From the UHGV virus genome UHGV-0096064: 64,000 bases of DNA; one strand, given 5' to 3'. Source of the stretch: a virus. Shown here one piece after another: positions 45,256-52,471 of this stretch; the stretch's first letter is position 1, and every line of letters begins with the position of its first letter. The notes under the pieces are model-generated. The model was not told where the DNA came from. It did not search any database and saw only the letters and a program-made list of their open reading frames with translations. Position numbers and translations under genes: made by a program.

Positions 45256-45548
45256 ACAATGTAATATCAACAAACCTATATTACATTGTTACCTACACTG
45301 TAGTATTACACTGTTACAGGTGTTATATTGTAGCATTACACTGTAACGCGCAATGTACTTTTACAATGTAACACCTGTTACAATGTAATGTTATTGTAAA
45401 TTACATTGCACACTTGCTTACATTGTTATGGCATTGTTTTTTACATTGTTGCAGGTGTTACATTGTTTTTTACAATGTAAGTTACACTGTAAGTGTAATT
45501 ACATTGCATGTAACATTGCGTCGCGCAATGTAAATTTTTACAATGTAA
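45256..45548. repeat. dense array of 11-bp palindrome TTACAnTGTAA (about 17 copies in 300 bp; about 24 in 45250-46250) - putative iterons/operator array
   Basis: For example TTACAATGTAA at about 45361, 45378, 45470, 45538, 45817; TTACATTGTAA at about 45686 and 46119; TTACACTGTAA at about 45336 and 45482. Includes a perfect 12-bp IR ACAATGTAATAT-N10-ATATTACATTGT at 45256-45289. Confidence 0.75.
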
Positions 45549-45571
45549 TTACACACAGCGCGGGTTCCTTA

Positions 45572-45589
45572 TTGATAATGGATTATCAA
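45572..45589. promoter_or_regulatory. perfect palindrome TTGATAAT-GG-ATTATCAA (operator-like)
   Basis: 8-bp arms with a 2-bp spacer, immediately followed by CTTGCAACTTTTGCAA. Confidence 0.5.
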
Positions 45590-45752
45590 CTTGCAACTTT
45601 TGCAAAAAACGAGATTCCGTAAGTTGTTGAATTTGTTGACCCGGAAAAATTTTCGCAAACCCCAAAAAGTGGTGAAAAAATTACACAGGGAGAAAGTTAC
45701 ATTGTAAAAACGGGGACGAACGGGAGGACAGGAAGAGTAGAAAAATCAAGGG

Positions 45753-45811
45753 TTTATATATATTATTTTTTAAAAAAGAATAAAATATATATATGTACTA
45801 TGTAACTTTTT
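45753..45811. other. AT-rich stretch (~59 bp, 3-4 G/C) - candidate DNA-unwinding element
   Basis: tttatatatattattttttaaaaaagaataaaatatatatatgtactatgtaactttttacc in an otherwise ~60% GC genome. Flanked by iteron-like repeats. Confidence 0.45.
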
Positions 45812-46429
45812 ACCCCCTTACAATGTAACGGCCTATCCTAGTCGGCAAAAATGCAAAATGCTTTTTTCCAAATCGCCGAACTTGATTGTGAAAATTTTCA
45901 CCACTCAGGCGGCCTCGATTTACATAAGCTGCTATGTAACTTTTTGCGGAACCCCCCAAAAAAAACTTGCAAATTTGCATACCCCCTTGAAAATCAGCGT
46001 AACACTTCAACGATTTCAACAACTTGCAACCAATTTTAAAATGCAAGTGAATTTTTTCACACTTGCAACTAGTTGGAATATATTAGGATACATCTTGCAA
46101 GTCAATTTGCAACCCCATTTTTACATTGTAAAAAGTAAAATCGTGTTACTCGTTTACATTGCGCAACACCGTCGACGCCGCCTTACACTGCATAACGCAA
46201 TGTAAAAACAATGCAACAATCCTCACTATGTAATTACATTGTTCTGCCCCTTGTCCAGTTCTGAGCGCGACACACGCGACGCCGTCCCCAAGTCCTGAGC
46301 TCCGCCCTGTCGCCTCTGCCTTCCGAATCCGGTTTCACTATCCCCAATAATCCAGTTCACCTTAACATCTTGATATTCCTACTCAATCCAGTTCAACAAA
46401 AATAATTCCGAAAATTTTCGCTACAACTC

Positions 46430-46458
46430 TTGACAACATTTCAGTAACTCCTTATCTT
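46430..46458 (+). promoter_or_regulatory. sigma70-like promoter TTGACA-N17-TATCTT for the early operon
   Basis: TTGACA at 46430-46435 and TATCTT at 46453-46458, ~85 nt upstream of the first early gene (46544). Confidence 0.45.
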
Positions 46459-46543
46459 GGCATCAACAACGGCGAACAACGCCGCCGGTTGCTACCGTAG
46501 CAACCCGATAACTTCACCTAATCCTATTCAAAGGAGTTCCCCA

Positions 46544-46894
46544 ATGGCTATGAGCTTTATGCTTTCCGTCCAGTCCACGTTCGCGCCTGAGCCCATTACG
46601 GGCATCGTCAAGGGTGATCTTGTCGTCTACCATCATGACGGCACGGTTGTCGCCGTCTATCACAAGGGCTCTGTCCTGTTCGCTCCGGTCTATTCGGATT
46701 CCCATATCGAGGCCGTGAACTTCTTGATGCACCTGTTCGCCATCCCCTTTTTTGTCCGGAACATGAACGGGACGAACTGGATAACGTCCCGGCTCACGGG
46801 GGAAACCCGGTATACCGTGAAGCCATACCTTGTCGCTCTTGCCGACTATCAGCTTGAGTTCCTCGACAACCTTGAAGCAATCGTCAACGCGTGA
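46544..46894 (+). CDS. small early protein, paralog family member P1
   Basis: 116 aa. ATG preceded by AAGGAG. Weakly shares a Y.G..(V/I)A.Y core with the downstream paralogs. Confidence 0.5.
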   Translation: MAMSFMLSVQSTFAPEPITGIVKGDLVVYHHDGTVVAVYHKGSVLFAPVYSDSHIEAVNFLMHLFAIPFFVRNMNGTNWITSRLTGETRYTVKPYLVALADYQLEFLDNLEAIVNA

Positions 46895-46905
46895 GGAATC
46901 CAGTC

Positions 46906-47316
46906 ATGAGAACAAACATCCCCGATAGAATTATCAGGGCTATCCACGCTTATTCCCCGTGGGCTTGCGAGACTGTGCAAGTTGTCGTCGAATGCCGTCG
47001 ACTGGCGAACGGACGAATTGTTTCATCTCTCACTGTCCGGTATAAGGGGTTCGCCATTGCTTGCTATGATTCCGAAACCGGAACGCTTTCCATTATCCGG
47101 TGCCACAACTTTGACGGGATGGCGGCGGCTCGAATCAATTCCGTACTGCGTGCCTTCAAGTTGAATGAACGGCTGGCATATCATAAGGGGGAATGCCTGA
47201 TTCTTACCAGTGACGCCAACGTCCCTATGGAACCTTATGACGTATTCAACTTGTACGTCCCTATTGACAACCGTCCTGTTGTCCCTTACTATGGATTACA
47301 GTTGACCGACAACTGA
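46906..47316 (+). CDS. small early protein, paralog family member P2
   Basis: Core LTVRYKGFAIACYDSETGTLSIIRCHNFDGMAAARINSVLRAFKLN. Confidence 0.55.
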   Translation: MRTNIPDRIIRAIHAYSPWACETVQVVVECRRLANGRIVSSLTVRYKGFAIACYDSETGTLSIIRCHNFDGMAAARINSVLRAFKLNERLAYHKGECLILTSDANVPMEPYDVFNLYVPIDNRPVVPYYGLQLTDN

Positions 47317-47330
47317 CTTGCAACTATCCA
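47302..47330 (+). promoter_or_regulatory. promoter-like TTGACC-N17-TATCCA
   Basis: The -10-like TATCCA is part of the recurrent ATCCAGTTCAACC motif (47326-47338). ~35 nt upstream of the ATG at 47365. Confidence 0.35.
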
Positions 47331-47364
47331 GTTCAACCACACTGGCACCAAAGGAGTGTGTACC

Positions 47365-47757
47365 ATGCGGCAGATTACTAAGGAAATGGTGGAAGCGATA
47401 CGAGCCCCCCGGCGGTACTGGAAGGACAACACGCTTGTTTCCGTCATACACAACGAGGCAACCGGACTGTTCAGCTTGTCCGTCTACCTCCATGACCACC
47501 TGATTGCCCGGTACGTCAACACCGACAACACCTTGTGCATATCCACGGCGGGGTGGTCTACCATGACCACAAGGGAGAGGCTCAACGGCGTCCTTCACGC
47601 TTTCGGACTCCCGCACTATACCCGCCGCATTTGCCATAACCTTTGGCTGTTCGACGAGAACGAGAACCGGGAGGTGATGAAGGGCAATAACTTCTATGAC
47701 ATTCCCATTGACCGGGACAAGTGCCCCGTCAACCTCCCCCCGCTCGTCAAGCCCTGA
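47365..47757 (+). CDS. small early protein, paralog family member P3
   Basis: Core LSVYLHDHLIARYVNTDNTLCISTAGWSTMTTRERLNGVLHAFGLP. ATG preceded by AAGGAG. Confidence 0.55.
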   Translation: MRQITKEMVEAIRAPRRYWKDNTLVSVIHNEATGLFSLSVYLHDHLIARYVNTDNTLCISTAGWSTMTTRERLNGVLHAFGLPHYTRRICHNLWLFDENENREVMKGNNFYDIPIDRDKCPVNLPPLVKP

Positions 47758-47859
47758 CCCCGAACTTTCATCCAGTCCAGTACCCGGCGGACAAGCGGAC
47801 TCTACATCCGCCCGCCGTCACGCGAACCCTAACGCCCATGCCAAGCATGGAGGTACATC

Positions 47860-48666
47860 ATGCAACAAGTTATCCGCCACTCCGTCCAGTCCTTCATGGC
47901 CTGCACCCCCTACCGTCACCGGGATACCGAGATTGCCGTTTCCCATGACGACAACGGCACCCCGTCCGTCCGCCTCAACTACTACGGCAACCGCGTAGCC
48001 CTCTACTCTCAGGGCGTGCTCATGGTTTCCCCATGCGGATACGCCACCCGCTCGACTGTCGTCCGCATCAACGCCGTGCTTGACGCTTGCGGCATCCCCG
48101 CCCGCTTCATCCTTAAGCGCACCCCCTCCAATCGGAACCAGCTCCATATCAGCCACAAGGGGAAGACCTCCCTTGTCGGGAACCTCCACGCATCCCACGC
48201 TTTCAACGTCCCTGACGGCTATCAGCCGGGGTTCAACGGCTACTCCCATTCAAGCCCTGACCCCCTCCCTACCCGTGAACAGCCCACGCCCAACCGTTCC
48301 TATTCGTCCATGAAGACGTGGCGCATGGCCGCACAAGCCCTCTCCGCTTTCCGGGAGTACGACTCCCGCCATGTCCATGTCCGATACGTCGACTACGACA
48401 CGCCCGCTCAACAGGCGCGCCTCTATATGCACAAGACGAACCTTGTCTATCTTACCCACGGTTCCGTTGGCTTCTTCCCTCCCGAATCCAAGACGCAAGC
48501 TGAGTGCCTGTCCGTTGTCCTCCCCATCATCGACGTACCCGCCACCGTCCGGTGGAACGGCGGGCATCCTGTCGTCGTACCGAATGACGTCGACCAGCCG
48601 CCATTCCATTTCCCCGACAAGCAAGCCCCTGTCGTCTTTGTCAGGGCTTCCCAAATTTTCGTCTAG
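47860..48666 (+). CDS. early protein, paralog family member P4 (longer, 268 aa)
   Basis: Core VRLNYYGNRVALYSQGVLMVSPCGYATRSTVVRINAVLDACGIP. Pro/Ser-rich middle. Confidence 0.55.
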   Translation: MQQVIRHSVQSFMACTPYRHRDTEIAVSHDDNGTPSVRLNYYGNRVALYSQGVLMVSPCGYATRSTVVRINAVLDACGIPARFILKRTPSNRNQLHISHKGKTSLVGNLHASHAFNVPDGYQPGFNGYSHSSPDPLPTREQPTPNRSYSSMKTWRMAAQALSAFREYDSRHVHVRYVDYDTPAQQARLYMHKTNLVYLTHGSVGFFPPESKTQAECLSVVLPIIDVPATVRWNGGHPVVVPNDVDQPPFHFPDKQAPVVFVRASQIFV

Positions 48667-48716
48667 CCCTCGTCCAGTCCATCCCTTGAACCCATACCCA
48701 GACAGGAGAATACCCA

Positions 48717-49139
48717 ATGGAAGACCAGCGACTTGACCTGTCCCTGTGGGAGTGCCGCCACTTCCCGAACATCTTCAACGCTCTGAGGAATCGCGAATGG
48801 CGGTACGCCGCCGCCGACTACCTCGTTGCCACCGACAACGACAGGATACAGGTGACCCGCGCTCTCTATGACGGCTTCACCATCCTGTCCCTGTCGAACG
48901 GGAATACCCTGCACTTTCCCAACCCCCAACCCCCGGCGGATTCCGTCCCGTTCATCCGGTTTACGCTCATGCAATGCCGCGTTCCGTTCGCCGTCGAACT
49001 CCTCCCGTCCGGGCAACTGGAGTTCAGGACGAAAAACAACATGCGGATTGACCCGTCCGGGTTGCCCCTCGTGCTGAACTCCGAGTTCCGCATGTCCCGC
49101 AATACCTTTGTTCAAACCATGTTGAAGGCGTGGAGGTAG
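48717..49139 (+). CDS. small early protein P5 (divergent family member?)
   Basis: 140 aa, weaker similarity (RYAAADYLVATDNDRIQVTRALYDGFTILSLSNGNTLHF). Confidence 0.45.
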   Translation: MEDQRLDLSLWECRHFPNIFNALRNREWRYAAADYLVATDNDRIQVTRALYDGFTILSLSNGNTLHFPNPQPPADSVPFIRFTLMQCRVPFAVELLPSGQLEFRTKNNMRIDPSGLPLVLNSEFRMSRNTFVQTMLKAWR

Positions 49140-49140
49140 C

Positions 49141-49497
49141 ATGTCACACAAGCCGCCAGTCATTGCGCCATATGTCGACGCCTTCATCAAGCGCCATATC
49201 CTACGGCATCGGCAAGTGGTCATACAGAACTTCACCAGCGAGGAAGGACAACGGACGACTTGGCTATACAACAAGGGCAATCTTGTCCTTATGTTATCCA
49301 ACTTCCAGTTGTCCATCCATACTTATCACCTGACCGAATTTACTGAGGCACTTGCCAACGGCGTGCTGAAAGCCTATGATATGGGTATCCATATTCATGC
49401 TACCGACAGGTATGTTTATATTCAGTATGACAATGGGCATACCGTGAAGAAAGATAAAGGCAATATTTTTTCCGTCTTTGTCCCGTTAAAGGATTGA
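49141..49497 (+). CDS. small early protein P6 (family member; noticeably AT-richer coding sequence)
   Basis: Core TTWLYNKGNLVLMLSNFQLSIHTYHLTEFTEALANGVLKAYDMGIH. Start 1 nt after the P5 stop (GGAGG inside P5). Confidence 0.5.
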   Translation: MSHKPPVIAPYVDAFIKRHILRHRQVVIQNFTSEEGQRTTWLYNKGNLVLMLSNFQLSIHTYHLTEFTEALANGVLKAYDMGIHIHATDRYVYIQYDNGHTVKKDKGNIFSVFVPLKD

Positions 49498-49567
49498 CAA
49501 CCACAAGCCGTTGTGCCATAACCGAGACAAGGCAAGCAACCAAACCTTTATTACAGGAGTTTCCGTT

Positions 49568-49909
49568 ATGTATATGACTCTTTCTGTTGACGATTTCCTG
49601 GATGCGTTCAATGACGCCGGGCGTGGCAACCAGTTTTCCAGTCAGGGCTTGCGCGCCATGTTCGATTACTTCACGGACTTGGAAGACCAGACAGGCGAAC
49701 CGATGGAACTGGATGTTGTGGCTATCTGCTGCGACTATACCGAGTATGATAGCGCCCTCGACGCCGCTTCCGAATACGGATTCGAGCCGGAAGAAGACGA
49801 CTCCCCCGAAGACGTCGAAGATTCCGCTTTCGACTGGTTGCAGGAAAGGACGATGGTCATTCCTGTCGGCGAGGAGACAAGCGGGGGCGTGATTATCGCC
49901 GCGTTCTAG
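49568..49909 (+). CDS. small strongly acidic protein (candidate DNA mimic / anti-restriction)
   Basis: 113 aa, very Asp/Glu-rich (EPEEDDSPEDVEDSAFDW). Promoter-like TTGACA(49494)-N17-CATAAC upstream. Confidence 0.45.
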   Translation: MYMTLSVDDFLDAFNDAGRGNQFSSQGLRAMFDYFTDLEDQTGEPMELDVVAICCDYTEYDSALDAASEYGFEPEEDDSPEDVEDSAFDWLQERTMVIPVGEETSGGVIIAAF

Positions 49910-50003
49910 TTGTGGCCTCTACCCTATCCCGTTCATCCCGGACGGGGTAGGCTGTGAGTTCACAACAACCCGTCAACCAAAGGAGAAACCCCTGTTCAAC
50001 CTG

Positions 50004-50300
50004 TTGGCTCACACAATCGACGAGACTATGCTTGAGCTTATCGACAAGCAAATCAAGCGATTCGTTTCCGGGAAGTGCGACGCCGTCCACGCTATGGTTG
50101 TCATTGAAAATCTTGTGGACAAGTACGCCAACTATCGGACGGCGCAACGGGTGGCGGATGAAGCCAAGACCACCGTCGACGAACTGAACGCGCAAGCTGA
50201 GGCCACCGCTGTTGCCTACGACAAGGCGCGGACTGATGCAGAACTGCATTATGGCTTGTTGCTCAAGGGCTTGTCCCAAGCCAACGACCTGAACAATTAA
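50004..50300 (+). CDS. hypothetical small helical protein
   Basis: 98-aa ORF (start may be internal). Confidence 0.35.
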   Translation: MAHTIDETMLELIDKQIKRFVSGKCDAVHAMVVIENLVDKYANYRTAQRVADEAKTTVDELNAQAEATAVAYDKARTDAELHYGLLLKGLSQANDLNN

Positions 50301-50327
50301 CCATCCAATCACAAGTGAGGTATCGCC

Positions 50328-50957
50328 ATGAGGACTGAACAGATTACCCGTACATGGTACAAGTTCGAGGAACTTCCGGAAGACGACCAGCAAAAGATTA
50401 TGGATGATATGTTGCTGCGTTCTGATCTTGCTCAAAGAGAAATGGAATACGTGCAGGATAGGGATTTTTGGAGTGACCTTGAAAAGCAATTCCATTTGGG
50501 TGTACAGGTTGACCAGCATATATACTATGACGTTGCCCGTTACGTGGATGTTGTCGCCTACCATCGGGAAGATTTCTATGAGCATGTCCTGTCTTTGTAC
50601 GCCCGCAAGTTTACGGACGATGAACGCAAGTTTATCAATCAGCTCATTGATGCGGATGTTCTGTCGTTTTCTATCGACCGTCGCCATAAGTATTCTTGTA
50701 GCGGCGTCCGCGTCGAGTGTGCTCTCCGGTACATGAGCGAACTTACGGAGTTTGAAGATAACTATGACGAGGCCGTGGACATGGCGGACAAGTTCCTGTC
50801 TGTCGTCGAGGAATACGCTGAGGACTTTCTTGAGGAAGCGCGCCTCGCCATCCGCCGCCTCTATGAGTACGCCACAAGCGAGGAATATATCCGGGACTGC
50901 TGCATCAACTTGGATAGCGAATACACCTATGACGATCAGGGGAGGCTTGTCTTATGA
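50328..50957 (+). CDS. acidic protein (209 aa), candidate anti-restriction-like
   Basis: Asp/Glu/Tyr-rich. Contains YYDVARYVD, reminiscent of the YDVARYY segment in ArdA. Similarity is weak and by eye only. Confidence 0.4.
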   Translation: MRTEQITRTWYKFEELPEDDQQKIMDDMLLRSDLAQREMEYVQDRDFWSDLEKQFHLGVQVDQHIYYDVARYVDVVAYHREDFYEHVLSLYARKFTDDERKFINQLIDADVLSFSIDRRHKYSCSGVRVECALRYMSELTEFEDNYDEAVDMADKFLSVVEEYAEDFLEEARLAIRRLYEYATSEEYIRDCCINLDSEYTYDDQGRLVL

Positions 50958-51331
50958 GCCACGTACTTGGTTCCTTCTTCCGGGGCATCCCATGCACTGA
51001 CGGCACCCTGACTTGTTCCGTTGACGGGTTCTCCGTTCTCGACAGGAAAGACGTCACGCTTGCCTATTGCAAGGACGGTTGCGTTACCGTCTTTACCAGC
51101 CCCTCCATCCTTAACGATTTCAGGAACCGCGCCGCCGTCAACCGGATGTTGGCTTACGCTAGGACTAAGTACAACTGGAAGGTATCCTACATTTTCCACG
51201 GTATGCGTCCTTTCAACAATTACCTGAGTTCCGTTAGGGACGACAACACCGAGTCCTCTTGTTTCAGGATGGACGGCATAAGCTCCATCAAGTTCAGTCT
51301 TCAAACGGGTGACATTTACATCTTCAACTAA
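50954..51331 (+). CDS. hypothetical protein
   Basis: 125-aa ORF overlapping the upstream stop (ATGA). Confidence 0.4.
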   Translation: MSHVLGSFFRGIPCTDGTLTCSVDGFSVLDRKDVTLAYCKDGCVTVFTSPSILNDFRNRAAVNRMLAYARTKYNWKVSYIFHGMRPFNNYLSSVRDDNTESSCFRMDGISSIKFSLQTGDIYIFN

Positions 51332-51541
51332 CTGATTGTTCCTCACCTATCCCGGTCATGTTCCGGGGTAGGGCATGGAGCAGGCAGAAATGGCCCGCTG
51401 AGGCGCTTTCCTGTCCGTCCCCAACCCAGACAAGGGGACAGGAGAGAATGCCCCGGAGAATCCGTCTACGGCGGAACAAGTACGGGCCGTTGACAGGCCG
51501 CCGGATGCGGCGCAATCTTTCAAACACGGAGGCAAGAAGTC

Positions 51542-51883
51542 ATGGCGAGAAGACAACTCTTTGAAACGGGCGGCATCCCCAAGCATATTAGGGTTTACGA
51601 CAACGGCGGGGAGACTACCGACAGGTATACTATCGTATTCACCTACGCCCACAGGATAGGGTTCAAGGGCCGCGTCCCGTTCATGGGTAGCGGCGTTGAC
51701 CCACGGGGCATGTCCTACTTCACCGACTTGGCGCGGGAGATGTTCGCTCTGGAGAAGGGGAACAAGCGCATCCGGTTTACGGATTTGCCCGACGCCGTGC
51801 AGCGTGAGGTTCTCCACCTGTACCGGGAGTTGTGGAACGTGAAGCCTGACGTTACCCTTATGGACGGGGAAGCGGACGCATGA
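51542..51883 (+). CDS. hypothetical protein (YDNGGETTDRYT motif)
   Basis: 113-aa ORF. Confidence 0.4.
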   Translation: MARRQLFETGGIPKHIRVYDNGGETTDRYTIVFTYAHRIGFKGRVPFMGSGVDPRGMSYFTDLAREMFALEKGNKRIRFTDLPDAVQREVLHLYRELWNVKPDVTLMDGEADA

Positions 51884-51957
51884 CGTGGCTTACAGCCATT
51901 ATCCTGTGCATGCTCATTGCGCTTTCCGAACGCTAACTTTCAACGGTAGGTGTACAA

Positions 51958-52470
51958 GTGATGATAGGGCTATTCATTCAAGCAACCAGCATGGAGGGGA
52001 CGCGCAACGTCCTGCTTGTCCTGACCGGACAACAGGAGAAAGTCCTGAACCTTCAAGGCAACGAGTCGTTGATTGCCACGGTTATCAACGGTATGGACTT
52101 GGCTTTGCCTGAGACTCCTCCTGTTCCAGACAACGGGATGGGAGAGCCCCGGCAAGTCTGCATTCCTCATACCCTGTCTGAGCTTACGCCAACGGACAAG
52201 TTCAAGCTGGTCATGAGCAACCCCCCCCTGTATGCGGACGGGGAAGACGTCGACTTGCTGGACGTGGACTGGTCATGGGTTATCCCCCATCCCATACGGG
52301 CATCCCGGTTTGTTCGTATCTTGCAGAAGCTAGGCATCCATACCGTGGCGGATATGTCCATCCCGTCCCGTGCCGACTACATGCACACGCCGGGGATTGG
52401 GAGGATAAGCCTCATGGCTATCGAGGGCGTGCTCCATATGTACGGCTACACCTTGAGCGCGGGGGATTGA
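51958..52470 (+). CDS. protein with C-terminal RNA polymerase alpha-subunit CTD-like helix-hairpin-helix domain
   Basis: RASRFVRILQKLGIHTVADMSIPSRADYMHTPGIGRISLMAIEGVLHMYGYTL follows the alpha-CTD pattern (L.LSVR..N.L....I..VGDL......LL...N.G.KSL.EI...L...GL). Start uncertain. Confidence 0.5.
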   Translation: MMIGLFIQATSMEGTRNVLLVLTGQQEKVLNLQGNESLIATVINGMDLALPETPPVPDNGMGEPRQVCIPHTLSELTPTDKFKLVMSNPPLYADGEDVDLLDVDWSWVIPHPIRASRFVRILQKLGIHTVADMSIPSRADYMHTPGIGRISLMAIEGVLHMYGYTLSAGD

Positions 52471-52471
52471 T

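Noticed and set aside
45250-45550. Repeat array as a CRISPR array
   Set aside because: Units are 11-bp palindromes with irregular, often overlapping spacing. No unique spacers, no leader, no cas genes.
51358-51564. 68-aa Arg-rich plus-strand ORF in the 51332-51541 spacer
   Set aside because: It runs through two hairpins and overlaps the next gene start. Composition is typical of a spurious GC-rich frame.
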